Source: an uncultured delta proteobacterium (GTDB lineage: Bacteria; Desulfobacterota; Binatia; JACPRU01). Taken from it: a DNA stretch of 64,000 bases. The notes beneath the pieces are model-generated. The model saw only the letters and a program-made list of their open reading frames with translations, was not told where the DNA came from and did not search any database. The position numbers were made by a program, and so were the translations under genes. The DNA lies in the NCBI GenBank assembly GCA_963745025.1, contig CAVUWD010000019.1:318516-382515 (forward strand), given 5' to 3'. This document shows, piece by piece, positions 53,157 to 63,539 of the stretch. Position 1 is the first letter of the stretch, and each line of letters starts with the position of its first letter.

Positions 53157-53409
53157 GCGAATTATCCTCCTGTAGATCAACTAGATCCTTTGTCACACGT
53201 ACGGTGCAAGCAAGAGGCGCGTCAAGCACCGAAACGACCGGCCTTCCGCAGCGCCGCGGCAGACGTCCTCGACAAACCGATCAAATCCGCCCACCTCCCT
53301 TTCAGCTTCTCGTAGCTCACGTCCGTAGTTGTTCCGGTGACTTTCAGACCCCACGCGAGTGAGCGCGTAGGGGAGTGACGCTCGAGCTCGCGGGGAGCTC
53401 GCCGCACGG

Positions 53410-53570
53410 GTGCCGATTCCGAACGCGCGGATCGCCTTCGCCTGCTCTTGTTCCGAGGCCAACGACTTCCTCCTAAAATTCCTCCGCTTCAGCAACCTCG
53501 CGACCGGCGAGGGGAGGCGCACGAAGGTCATCGCCCAGCTCGGCAGCTATCACGGCGCGACGCTCGATAG
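53410..53570 (+). pseudogene. Class III aminotransferase internal remnant
   Basis: FACSCSEAND..LK...KVIAQLGSYHGAT. Confidence 0.65.
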
Positions 53571-53610
53571 CGCAGTCGTCAGGTGCGACAGGCCACCCGG
53601 CTTATTTCGT

Positions 53611-53694
53611 TCATTCGACGTGGATAACGCCCAAAGCCATGAAAAGCAGAATGACGGTGAACGGAACAACGAGAAGCCACCATATGATTGGCAT
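53611..53694 (-). CDS. 27-aa single-TM small protein
   Basis: MPIIWWLLVVPFTVILLFMALGVIHVE with GGAGG 7 nt upstream. Confidence 0.5.
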   Translation of the reverse strand: MPIIWWLLVVPFTVILLFMALGVIHVE

Positions 53695-53890
53695 CGTTTT
53701 TCCTCCCATTCGGAGGAACCCTCGCCTCATGACTTCGTTGCACTTCGAAACTGTCCGGGCAACTCTTCGTCGCGTAGAACAAAGAATCGATAGCCCAGCT
53801 AGTCTGGAACGCGGCGTCTCTTCGAGGCGTAGCCCGCGACGGAATCTCTTACATCCTCGGTTTACGACCGCGCTTTGCAGGAGCGATTGC

Positions 53891-54245
53891 TCAGTCGTCG
53901 TGGAAATCGCGGTGCTGGTCGTCGGGATCTTGGTGCAGCTCGTTGTGCGCGTCGGTAAGCTGGTCGTGTATCGCGTCGTGCTCGCGATCGAGCTGCTCGT
54001 GCAGACGTCGGTGTTCTCGCCTCGCCATCCAGGGGTTTTGGGCGTGCGCCCTATCGTCTTCGGCCTCGAGGTCCTCGTGGCCCTCCTCGTGTTCCGCGTC
54101 GAGCCACCCGTGCCCCGCTCTGTGCGCTCGCGGCTTAGGTCTCGATGGAGAAGGCGGTGATCATTGTCACAAGCCGCGGACGACACCCCAGCGCACCGAC
54201 GAGCACCGCGAGGATCCAGGAAACCCTCGGTTCTCTCGTACTCAT
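53891..54245 (-). pseudogene. Secreted His/acidic-rich repeat protein, frameshifted
   Basis: Signal MSTREPRVSWILAVLVGALG, then DHRLLHRDLSRE / HRAGHGWLDAEHEEGHEDLE...EHRRLHEQLDREHDAIHDQLTDAHNELHQD. Confidence 0.65.
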
Positions 54246-54489
54246 TCCCTTTACAACACCCACGAGCCAATCTGTGTCGCGTCGGGAACCCAGCGCGGAT
54301 GCTAAACTTTTCGACGTTCTGCATGCGCCTCGTGAGCCACGATGCCCATCGCGTGAAAGCCGCGAAGGGTTTCGCGGGGGTGTTCCAGCGGCTGTTGAAT
54401 CATTGAAGTGAAAATGGCGGTTCCAATCTTCGATCGCGTGCGGCGTCGTCAAATACCGCTCGTCCACGCGCGACCCAGTTCGTGTCCGA

Positions 54490-54637
54490 CAATAGCTATG
54501 CCGAGGCGACGAAGAACGCGGTCGCCAGGGCCTCCGAGACGCTTCGCAACCTCGACTGGTTCGAGGTGTTTGGACAAAAGGGGGGCGTCATCAAGAACGG
54601 CAAGGTCGCCGAGTTCCAGGTCGTGCTGAAGGGGTGA
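54490..54637 (+). pseudogene. Dodecin C-terminal fragment
   Basis: NAVARASETLRNLDWFEV...GKVAEFQVVLK. Confidence 0.75.
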
Positions 54638-54792
54638 TCGAGTTCCCGATCCTCCTCGCTCGCGGTGATCGGGTAGCGACTGCCGCTCGAGGTGCACGAG
54701 GGAGGTGTTGTCTTTGTGCTGAAGCTAGTCGGCGACAGGGGACGCTTCGGAGCAGGACCCTCGGCGCAGATGCCACGACTCTGGGGCGAATA

Positions 54793-56424
54793 ATGACACA
54801 AAAAACCATTACGATGGCGGGATCGGCGATTTCCTCGGGGCTGGTCATCGGCAGCGCGTTTGTCTATCACGAGCGGCAGCTGGAGGCGCTCGCCGGCGCG
54901 GACGAAATTGAAGAACATCAAATCGAGGAGGAGGTTCAACGCATCGAACGCGCCACGGTAACTGTTGCCGAGGATTTGCGGGTGTCGGCTCGGCGCATCG
55001 AAACCGACACCAACGCAAAGCTGGGGGCGATTTTTGAGGCGCACGAGGCGATGTTGCAGGACCCGGGGTTACGTGAGGAAATCCGCAAGCTGGTCCAGGA
55101 AGAATTGATCAGCGCAGCACACGCGCTGTCGCGCGTCTTCCGCCGCCGGGAACGCAAGTTTCGTGAGATGACGGAACCGACCCACCGGCAGCACGCCGAT
55201 GACGTGGCAGATCTGGGACGGCGGCTGTTGCGGGCAATGGCCGGGGTCAAAACTACTTCGTTAGAAACAATGCCGCCGGGTCGCGTGCTGGTGGCGCGGC
55301 GGTTGTTGCCCTCCGACACGGTGGCGCTGCCACGGCGTGCGGTGGCGGGGATCGTCCTGGAGTTCGGCGGGCCAGGGTCTCATGCGGCATTGCTGGCAGA
55401 GGCACTGGGGATTCCCACGGTCGCCCAAATCCCGAACGTGACGGCGAAGATGGCCGACAACGATGAACTGATCGTGGACGGCTTTCGTGGGGAGGTGGTG
55501 ATCAACCCGGACAAGGACACGCAAGCGCGCTACACCGAAGAAATTCACCACGCACAGGCCCGAAGCGCGCAGGCGAGGCAGTCGGCCCGGGAACCAGCCT
55601 ACACGCTCGACGGCACGATGGTGACAGTGCTGGCGAACGTTGGCTGCCGCGAGGACGTCGTCGCCGCCGATGACGATGGGGCGGACGGCGTCGGGCTGTA
55701 TCGGCTGGAGCAGTTCTATCTGTCGCGCAAAACCCCGCCGACGGCGGCGGAATTGCTGGCCGAGTTGCGGGCGACGTTCGCGCCGGTGAAGGAAAAGCCG
55801 GTCACGGTGCGCCTGCTGGATCTGGGCGGGGACAAGCCGCTGCCCTTTCTGAAGCTCCCGCCCGAAGACAATCCTTTCCTGGGCCTGCGCGGCGTCCGCT
55901 TCCTTTTGCAATATCCGGACTTGCTCGACACGCAGTTGCAAGCCTTGTGGCAATTTTCGCGGGAATACGACGTGCGCGTCCTCGTGCCGATGGTGACTCT
56001 GGCCGAGGAGATGGCGCGTGTTCGGAGCCGTTTCGCGGCCGTCGCGAATGAGGCGAACCGGCAAGAACTTCCGCCGCTGGGCGCGATGATCGAGACCCCT
56101 GCCGCCGCCCTTTGCGTGGCCGACATCAAGACGCATGCCGACTTCCTGAGCATCGGCACCAACGATCTGACCCAATACACGATGGCCGCCGGGCGCGAGA
56201 ACCCGCTGGTGAACGACTACTTTCTGGAGGATCATCCAGCGGTCTTGCGGCTCGTGCGCATCATCGTCGAGGAGGCGGGGTGCGTGCCCGTCGCAGTCTG
56301 CGGGGAGCTGGCGCGGCAGTTGAACGCCATTCCCACGCTGCTGAAGCTGGGCATCCACATCCTCAGCGTCGCGCCGCCGCTCGTGCCCAGCGTCAAGGAG
56401 GCCATCCGCCAAATCGTGCTCTAA
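54793..56424 (+). CDS. ptsI: PEP-protein phosphotransferase (PTS enzyme I)
   Basis: GGPGSHAA phospho-His, DGVGLYRLE, NPFLGLRG, MIETP, SIGTNDLTQY, CGE. Confidence 0.9.
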   Translation: MTQKTITMAGSAISSGLVIGSAFVYHERQLEALAGADEIEEHQIEEEVQRIERATVTVAEDLRVSARRIETDTNAKLGAIFEAHEAMLQDPGLREEIRKLVQEELISAAHALSRVFRRRERKFREMTEPTHRQHADDVADLGRRLLRAMAGVKTTSLETMPPGRVLVARRLLPSDTVALPRRAVAGIVLEFGGPGSHAALLAEALGIPTVAQIPNVTAKMADNDELIVDGFRGEVVINPDKDTQARYTEEIHHAQARSAQARQSAREPAYTLDGTMVTVLANVGCREDVVAADDDGADGVGLYRLEQFYLSRKTPPTAAELLAELRATFAPVKEKPVTVRLLDLGGDKPLPFLKLPPEDNPFLGLRGVRFLLQYPDLLDTQLQALWQFSREYDVRVLVPMVTLAEEMARVRSRFAAVANEANRQELPPLGAMIETPAAALCVADIKTHADFLSIGTNDLTQYTMAAGRENPLVNDYFLEDHPAVLRLVRIIVEEAGCVPVAVCGELARQLNAIPTLLKLGIHILSVAPPLVPSVKEAIRQIVL

Positions 56425-56859
56425 GATGGAAACTTCTATTCGGCGCGCTGTTTCGACGCTTCCAGATCCTTGCAAAGCTGCGCGACCTCTCGCTTCAGCA
56501 CGGCTCGCCCGCGCTCTCGGCCGGTTTCCGGCATGTTTTTGTGTTGAAAGTGCTTTGGAAAGGCGCTGATTGAGCGAGACCCTGACAGCGAACACTGTGA
56601 CTTAGCCCTTTACGATCACATGCTCCTCGGTAAACAAGATGGCGATCTCTCCGGACTCGTCGCGCTCTGTCGTGCGGTCTGTCCCTCTCGAGTCGAGAAG
56701 ACCCTTTCCGAGTTTTCCTTGTTGTCGGACCAGACTTCAGCCACGCCGTCGGAGGGTTGATCACCGGTGGTCGTCAGGTTGATGGCGTATTTCTTACGCG
56801 ATCCCTGTCGAGTTCTCCCGTAGCTAAGTCAATGTCGGAGCCGATCCATCAACAGCACG

Positions 56860-57138
56860 TTCTGGAAGGGAAAGCCGCTCGTGGCGGGACGCGCGGGTGG
56901 CATCCCGATGCAGTTTCCGAACGGGTACGAGAGCTATCTGGTCAGCACCGCCAACGGCTTGGCCACCCGGGTTGTCGAGCTCTTCGCCGATCCGTCCCGT
57001 CGGCGTGCGTTCGGAGAAGCCGGGCGCGAGCACGTGCGACGCGGATATCTCTTGCCGCGGCTCCTGCGCGACGAGCTCCGGCTCATCAAGGGCGTGCTCG
57101 ACGGCTCGGCGACGAGCCCGCCGGAGCGCCTGCGATGA
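56860..57138 (+). pseudogene. GT4 glycosyltransferase (TreT-like) C-terminal fragment
   Basis: AGRAGGIPMQ...GEAGREHVR..YLLPRLLRD. Confidence 0.65.
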
Positions 57139-57209
57139 GCACGGGCCACTCTACACGACCGAACCACCGGACAACGGGGACGTGCGGGCGGAACTCGGCC
57201 GATATCTCT

Positions 57210-57248
57210 GCAAAACGCAAAGAAGCTACGGAGAAAGAATCTATCCTC
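57210..57248 (+). repeat. ~39-bp dispersed intergenic repeat, copy 2
   Basis: GCAAAACGCAAAGAAGCTACGGAGAAAGAATCTATCCTC. Confidence 0.8.
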
Positions 57249-57598
57249 CCGTGAAGATCGTGAACAGCCGATCCGGGGGAGATCGCAGCACCCCTTCGAG
57301 CTCGGGTGTCGATGGTGAAGAGCGCCTGGAGATCCCCCAACTCCAGGTTCGCGGGGCTTTCGTCATGGGCCTCTCGAAGTCTTCTTTCTGGGTCGATGGT
57401 GCCTGTTGTCGGAAGAGCCATGATGCCGAGGCGCCACAATCTCTTCACGTCGCGCCTTCCGCAGCGAAACCTCGGCGTATTGAGACTGTTAATCTATCAG
57501 ATCGGTTAACACGTGGCCGAGCGGGAAAGTTGTCCGACTCGGTCGGTACGAGCGCACGCTTCGGGTCTCCGGGGCGGCTTCGGGATCGCACAAGTCCA

Positions 57599-58945
57599 AT
57601 GGGCGCTTGGTGGAAAAACGCGCTTGGCCAAGGATCCGTCTCAGTTGTCGGCTGCGTGTTGTTCTTGTTGTGGATCGTTCCTGCGGAGGCCGAGCAGGAT
57701 CCGGTCGCAACCGAGCGAAGCATCCTCGACGTAATCCAGTCGGAGCGCGCCAAGCAAGCGGAAGCAACAGCAGAGAAAGCGCAAGGAGGTGAGGGGACAA
57801 GCGAGCCCGCGGGCGGCGGGGAGGAAAGCCAACCGCAGGCCAAGCCCGGAGGCGCGCCGTCGAAGGAACGGCATTGGGCGATTCTTCCCGAGGTCGGCTA
57901 CAGCCCGGAAAAGGGTCCGAATGGCGGCGTCAAGTTCACGAACCGCGACATGACGACGCTTCACTTGACCCTCGACGTCGCCGCGAGCGCCGCCGTGAAG
58001 GGTCAGCAACACCTGGACACAGTCGTCGTCTCGCCGTCGCTCGGCACTGACTGGCTGATGCTGCTCGCCGAAGGCGAGTACTACACCGATCCGACGAAGG
58101 AGTTCTTCGGCCTCGGAAACAACGACGTCGGCCCCGACGAGCTGTCGACCAACCGCTACCAACGCATCTACGGGACCCTCGCTCTCGCTCTTCGCGTGTC
58201 TCGCCGCTTCACGTTGGTCGCCTCGGGTGCGTACAACGACGTGCAAATCAGCCACGGCCACCTCGAGGACTCCACCCCCTCCACGCCCGCGCTCTTTCCG
58301 GACATGGCCGGCATCGCCGGCGGACGGTCGAGTCCACTGGCGTTCGCCGTGCTTTTCAACGATCGTCAAGAGCTGGCGCGCCCGACCCGCGGCTGGAGCA
58401 TCATCGCGAAGGCTTCTTGGGTACCCAACGGCCTCGGCAACGACTTCCACTTCACTCGCTACACGCTCGACGGCAGTTACCTCTATCCATTGCTCACGCG
58501 ACGACAGGTGATCGGCCTTCACCTCGGCGGGCAGTACGTCGACGCTAAGGCGCGGGCGGTGCCGTTCTACGCGCTGGCGTCGCTCGGCGGTTCGCGAGAC
58601 CTGCGCGGCTATTTCCAGGATCGGTTTCTCGGCACCAGCAACGTGGTGGTGAACGCCGAGTACCGACTGAAGCTCTTCGACTTCAACTTCTTCGACTTCT
58701 GGCAAGTGCAGATCGACGGCGTGGCCTTCGGCGACGCGGGTCGGGTATTCTTCGACGAGGAGGACATCGCCCGTGAGCTCGGCGAGCCGGTCGCGTCGGT
58801 CCCGCCGACCAACAACGACTTCCGCTGGAGCTATGGAGGCGGCACGCGAATCGCGCTCGGCGAAGCGCTCGTGGCGCGCATCGACGTCGGCTTCAGCGAC
58901 GAGGAGACGGGCCTCGTCTATCTCGTCTTCGGCCACACCTTTTGA
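57599..58945 (+). CDS. Omp85 (BamA/TamA-like) outer-membrane barrel without POTRA domains
   Basis: Signal peptide; LGG...LRGY...RF, NAEYR, FGDAGRV, C-terminal Phe. Confidence 0.85.
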   Translation: MGAWWKNALGQGSVSVVGCVLFLLWIVPAEAEQDPVATERSILDVIQSERAKQAEATAEKAQGGEGTSEPAGGGEESQPQAKPGGAPSKERHWAILPEVGYSPEKGPNGGVKFTNRDMTTLHLTLDVAASAAVKGQQHLDTVVVSPSLGTDWLMLLAEGEYYTDPTKEFFGLGNNDVGPDELSTNRYQRIYGTLALALRVSRRFTLVASGAYNDVQISHGHLEDSTPSTPALFPDMAGIAGGRSSPLAFAVLFNDRQELARPTRGWSIIAKASWVPNGLGNDFHFTRYTLDGSYLYPLLTRRQVIGLHLGGQYVDAKARAVPFYALASLGGSRDLRGYFQDRFLGTSNVVVNAEYRLKLFDFNFFDFWQVQIDGVAFGDAGRVFFDEEDIARELGEPVASVPPTNNDFRWSYGGGTRIALGEALVARIDVGFSDEETGLVYLVFGHTF

Positions 58946-59262
58946 ACGCCCGTCGTGCGACGCGTGACAGCGTGGAATCGAGCAGAGCGACCAGCACGGG
59001 TAACGCCCCGCGCGCCGCGATTCTCGTGCTGCTGCTATCTTGCTCGCTCGCGGCGGAGGAAGTCCGCGAGCGGCGCTGGATCAAAGAGGAGCAGCCGCTC
59101 TGGCGCGAGGCGCTCGCATTGCCGCAGGCGGCGCTCGGTGTCGTCACTTGGCCGCTCAAGCAGGCGCTCTTTTGAGCGGAGCGCGTTGATCTCCATCGCC
59201 GACTCGCCGACTTCGTGCTCTATCCCGTGCACCATCTGGGCCCGCAAGAAGAACGTCGATGA
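58942..59262 (+). pseudogene. Small membrane protein with an internal TGA
   Basis: Coupled to the Omp85 gene and the next ATG; TGA at 59173-59175 in LF*AERVDL. Confidence 0.5.
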
Positions 59263-59422
59263 GAGCTGCCCTCGCCAGCGTGATCGCCGCCGGCCTCTCC
59301 TTGCACGTACAGGCGCGCGCGGAATCGTCACAACCGATCCTCTGGCGGGACAACGATGATCTGCCGATCGCGGAGCCCGCCGAAAACGAGGATGGCGATT
59401 ACATTTGGTGGGACGGCGTCCG
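59259..59422 (+). pseudogene. Exported protein N-terminal fragment
   Basis: Signal peptide + ILWRDNDDLPIAEP; cut by the repeat element. Confidence 0.55.
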
Positions 59423-59486
59423 TAGAAATGGGCGTCTCGTGTTTGGGCAGCGTCGGCGATTGAGGCTTTACGTCAACTCGGCCGAC
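59423..59486 (+). repeat. ~65-bp structured breakpoint element, copy 2
   Basis: Homologous to 31387-31450. Confidence 0.85.
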
Positions 59487-59935
59487 TCTCTCGACGGAGC
59501 GATCGCCCGCCTCACGAACTCCAGAACGAAGCTCGGCGCATACATGGACCCGCTCACCGATAAGATGCTCATCCTCTCGGCGTTCGTTGTCTTCGCCTCG
59601 ATGGACGTCGTGCCGCGCTGGTTGACAGTCGTCGTCATCAGCCGCGATGTCATCATTTTCATCGGCTACCTGTCGCTCTTCCTGCTCACACAGCAGATCA
59701 TGGAGATTCGGCCAAGCGCGATCAGCAAGGCCGCGACCTTCCCGCAACTGGCGACGCTCTCCGCCGTTTTGTTGTCTCTCTGGAGGTCGGAGATGGTGGG
59801 CGCCGGGACCCGGTCGGCACTCTTCGGGGGCACGGGATGGTCACGGCGATCTCAGGGTTCCATTACATCTATATGGGCCTGCGCTGGTATCAGCAGAAGG
59901 GCAGGGCGCCTGCGGAGGCGCCACGCCTGCAATGA
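59481..59935 (+). pseudogene. CDP-alcohol phosphatidyltransferase (PgsA-like), 5'-truncated
   Basis: DSLDGAIAR...LGAYMDPLTDK, SRD; frameshift near the 3' end. Confidence 0.8.
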
Positions 59936-60002
59936 AAACGGATTCTTCGCGCTTCGGCGGCGAAACTTCCCCGCTGCGACCGGGTTCGACTCAGCGAACG
60001 CC

Positions 60003-60330
60003 ATGCAACTCGACCGTGATGCTGCCGAGGCAGCCGAGGCTTTCGACTCCTTTCCGGAGATCATTCTCCCGGCTCAATTCGAATTGGGGAGCAGGCTTGC
60101 CGTCGCTTTGGGGGAACGGCGGCTTCTCTGGGCAATGCTGCTCGATGCGGCCGCCTGCTTCTACAAGCATGGGCACGCGCGCGACAACAGCGGGCGGAAT
60201 CTCTTTCGCGAAGCCGAGCGATGGATCCGCTCCTCTAACGCCGGTTGGCCGTTCTCGTTCCAGGCGGTCTGTGACGTCCTCGGATTGAACGCCCAGCAGG
60301 TCCGCGTTAGCATGCTTCAATGCGTGTACG
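60003..60330 (+). CDS. Hypothetical protein, homologous to the 26453 ORF; 3' end runs into the queC remnant
   Basis: ILPAQF...ERRLLWAMLLDA...EAERWI....WPFSFQAVCDVLGL. Confidence 0.55.
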
Positions 60331-60359
60331 GAAGTGGCCGCGACCCGATCTTGTTCACC

Positions 60360-60790
60360 GAAGAAGGTCGCCGCACTGGCGAGCGGCGGCCTCGACAGCT
60401 GCGTCATGCTTCGGGATCTCGCGGCGGAGGGGGCAACGGTGCTCCCCGTGTACGTTCGTACCGGGCTTCTCTGGGAGGACGCGGAGATCCACTGGCTCGA
60501 ACGGTTTCTAACCGCGGCTAGGATCGAACGCTGCGAGCGTCTCACCGTGCTCGAGCTGCCCGTCGACGATCTCTACGGCGAGCACTGGAGCATGACCGAT
60601 CATGGCGTACCGGGCCTCGAGACGACCCTCGATTGCGAACTACCTTCCCGGCCGAAACCTGCTGCTGCTTTCCAAGGTCGTCGTGCTCTGCGCGCTTCAC
60701 GGCGTGGACGTGTGGCGATGGCGCCGCTGTCCAGCAACCCGTTTCCGGATGGCACCCCCGAGTTCTTCCGCGCCTTCCCAAACGCCGCCT
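60360..60790 (+). pseudogene. QueC-like PP-loop ATPase remnant
   Basis: LASGGLDS, YLPGRNLLLLSK and NPFPD.TPEFF in different frames; truncated. Confidence 0.75.
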
Positions 60791-60804
60791 CAGCCCAAAA
60801 ACCT

Positions 60805-61110
60805 CAGTACCCGGTCAGAGTAAATAGAGCATCGTCCTGAAGCTCGTTTGGTATCGTTGGGTTGCGAGTCTCAACAGATGCCGAACAGAGGGGGACAGGA
60901 CGATGCGAGGCGAAAGTAGCGCGGTTGTTGGTTCAAGCGCCAGTCTGGAGGTGCGATACACCGTCAAGCCGGTGCGCGGCTGGGGCCGGCTGGTGGCGGT
61001 GGCGAGATATCTGGAGAAGGTTGGGATTCGTCAGCTCCTGGAGCGTGCGCTTCCCGACGGTCGCACGTCTCCGAATCAGATTCCGGTGGTGGAGATGGTG
61101 TTGTCGTTGC
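60805..61110 (+). mobile_element. IS1380-like left end and transposase N-terminal remnant
   Basis: YTVKPV.GWG.LV...LPDGRTSPNQIPVVEMVL; family assigned from memory. Confidence 0.55.
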
Positions 61111-61199
61111 CGTGGCGGCCTGCAGCACGGCGCGTCCCGATCCAGCCTGTAAGCCCGAATCCGGGCCCGCACGCCGCAGACGACGCCCTGGCGCGAACC

Positions 61200-61681
61200 T
61201 GGCGGTAGACGGGCGACGGCGCCGGGGTAGCGACCGCGCCCGACTCGTATCGCGGCGTCGATGCCGTCGCGCTCGAAGTCTGCCAGCTCCAGGGTGGCCG
61301 AGATCCGCACGTCGATGTCCGGGTGTCGCCGTGGAAGCCGTCAAGCCGCGGGATGAGCCACCTGGTCGCGAATACCGGCGCAACACTCAAGACGAACGCG
61401 CCGCGGAGATCGTGCTCGCGTAGAGCGCTCATCGCGCGCTCCAGCTCGGCGAAGCCTGCTCGCAGGCCGGGAAGGAAGGCCTGGCCGGCGTCGGTCAGGA
61501 ACAGCGAGTTGCCAGTGCGACGGAAGAGCCGCACTTCGAGGTAGTCCTCCAGGGTCTTCACCTGGTGGCTGACGGCGGCTGCGGTGACACAGAGCTCGTC
61601 GGCGGCCCGGGTGATGCTCAGGTGACGGCCGGCCGCCTCGAAGGCGCGGAGCGCGGTGAGGGGCGGTAGATCTTTCGGCAT
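61200..61681 (-). pseudogene. LysR (GcvA-like) regulator, frameshifted and truncated
   Basis: LPPLTALRAFEAAGRHLS..RAADELCVT..AVSHQ; IDAAIR lies in another frame. Confidence 0.85.
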
Positions 61682-61783
61682 GGTAGGCTCCCTGCAATCG
61701 ACCCAGTCTCACGGGGACCATGCCGCGGCGGGCGCGCTTCCGCAATTCTCCGGGCGTGCCCCGCGTTCGGTGCACGTGGAATC

Positions 61784-61802
61784 GGTTGAGTATTTCTCAA
61801 CC
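61784..61802. promoter_or_regulatory. LysR T-N11-A box
   Basis: Perfect inverted repeat GGTTGAG-TATTT-CTCAACC between divergent genes. Confidence 0.7.
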
Positions 61803-61888
61803 TGGCGTTGAGAACAATTCGATTGTCTGAGCGCCACGACGAGCCGATGGTTTGCGACGGAGAAACACCAGACGAAAGGAGACCTGCG

Positions 61889-62518
61889 ATGACCCAATGT
61901 GCGAACGAATTCGACGCCTACGCATTCTCGAAGCAGCCTGGCTACGACGAGCGCGCCGTCCGGCGGGAGTTCGCGAAGGCGGTGCCACTGCGGACCGTCG
62001 TCGTCTATTGCTACGATCCACGCGCCGTCGGAATTCCCGCAGCGGTCGCCAAGGAGTTCGGTGACGTGTTTCCCGGCGCGATCGTGAGAGACGATGCGGG
62101 GAAGAAGGTCGCGTCCACCACGACGCTGTTCGAGGTGGTGGTCGCCGGTGGACGCGCGATCGACGCGCTGCGCTCGGTGACGGTCGCGCAGCACTTGTTC
62201 GGGATCGAGCGCGTCGTCATCGTGCATCACACGTACTGCGGGGCGACGTCGTTCACCGCCGACGGTATGATCGAGGCTTACGCACGCGAGCAGGGAACGG
62301 ACATCGGTTCCCTCTATCCTCGCGACAGCATCTGCATCACGGACTACGTGAACTCGCTCACGCACGACGTGCGCCTGATGAGAATGTCGGCGGGCACACC
62401 CCGACAGGCAGCGATCTACGGCTATATGTACGACATCGACGCCGAAGCGCTGTCGCTCGTCGTCAAAGACAATCCCGCTTCGACCCAGAGAGGCCTCGCG
62501 TCATCGTCCGGTAGATGA
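61889..62518 (+). CDS. Beta-class carbonic anhydrase-like protein
   Basis: CYDPR (CxDxR) and HTYC (HxxC) zinc ligands; AAGGAG RBS. Confidence 0.85.
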   Translation: MTQCANEFDAYAFSKQPGYDERAVRREFAKAVPLRTVVVYCYDPRAVGIPAAVAKEFGDVFPGAIVRDDAGKKVASTTTLFEVVVAGGRAIDALRSVTVAQHLFGIERVVIVHHTYCGATSFTADGMIEAYAREQGTDIGSLYPRDSICITDYVNSLTHDVRLMRMSAGTPRQAAIYGYMYDIDAEALSLVVKDNPASTQRGLASSSGR

Positions 62519-62558
62519 TCGGAGGGCTAACGCAGCAACCCGAAAGGAGGATTCACAA

Positions 62559-62981
62559 ATGTCTTCTCACGCACTCTTGAAATTCGCGCTCACCGTCTTC
62601 GGCACCATCTTTCTCCTGATCTACCCGCTGGCGGTCGTCTGGCCGTCAGGCTGGGCCTGGCACGCGGGTGCCCCCCATGACTCGCAGTATTTCATGATGA
62701 TCGTCGGGGTCTACGCCACGCTCGGTGTCTTCCTGCTGATCGCGGCGAGAGACCCACAAGCCCACCGCAGTGTGATCTGGTTCACGGTGTGGTCGAGCAT
62801 CGTGCACGGCGCCATCATGGCGCTACAGTCGATGCCAGCCGAGCATCACGGGCACCTGATGGGCGATGTGCCTGCGCTCTTCCTCGTCGCGGGCGTGCTC
62901 GGAGGATTGCTCGTGTGGTCGGATGGTGGGGAAAGGGACGGCGCCGCGGCTCCCTGGATCCCGAGCACAGGCCGGAGTTGA
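62559..62981 (+). CDS. DUF6632-like membrane protein
   Basis: WPSGWAW, MIVGVYATLG, FTVWSSIVH, GDVPAL. Confidence 0.75.
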   Translation: MSSHALLKFALTVFGTIFLLIYPLAVVWPSGWAWHAGAPHDSQYFMMIVGVYATLGVFLLIAARDPQAHRSVIWFTVWSSIVHGAIMALQSMPAEHHGHLMGDVPALFLVAGVLGGLLVWSDGGERDGAAAPWIPSTGRS

Positions 62982-62989
62982 TGGCTGTC

Positions 62990-63063
62990 ATCGACGGGTA
63001 GACGAACGAACCCGTGCGATGCGTCGCCTTGAGAGGTCTCGCGAGTTCGCGCTTCCTTCTTGA
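62990..63063 (+). pseudogene. Extreme C-terminal tail of a tyrosine recombinase
   Basis: RTRAMRRLERSREFALPS* matches the tails ending at 50067 and 63539. Confidence 0.7.
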
Positions 63064-63177
63064 TGTCTACCTACCTTTCAGTCCTCCATGGGACCGCCGG
63101 TGAGTCACCGCTCCCGGCGGTCTCCTTCCTTCGTAAACCCTTTTCGTCCTTCCACATTCTTCCGCTCCGGTCCGCGT

Positions 63178-63539
63178 CTCCCGAGGGTCCCTTCTACGCC
63201 AGTACCTCTCTACGCCAGTACCTCGGAAGCCGGAGAGACAGAGGCGAAGCGCTCTTCACTGGTCTCCAGGGAAGACTCAAGAAGCGGCGGATTCAGGATC
63301 TCTTCCGCTTCTACGCGACCGAGGCAGGCCTGCCAGCCGATCGTCGCCACGTCCATGTGCTTCGCCACTCGGCCGCCGTTCACGTGCTCGACGCGGGCGA
63401 AGACATCGACTTCGCCCGCGACCATCTGGGACATCGGTCGATCCAGTCGACGATGACCTACGCCCAGATCAGCGACGCCCGAAGGAACCGCAAAATGCGC
63501 CGCCTCGAGCGATCGCGCGAATTTCCGATCCCGTCGTAG
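63178..63539 (+). pseudogene. Tyrosine recombinase C-terminal half
   Basis: HVLRHS...DHLGHRSIQSTMTY...RRLERSREFPIPS; box I Arg region missing. Confidence 0.85.

Noticed and set aside
59173-59175. Second selenocysteine codon
   Set aside because: No redox-Cys context or SECIS-like hairpin; a TGG to TGA change is more likely
59259-60521. 420-aa fusion protein
   Set aside because: Accidental in-frame join of a signal-peptide fragment, a repeat element, a PgsA-like fragment and a separate small gene
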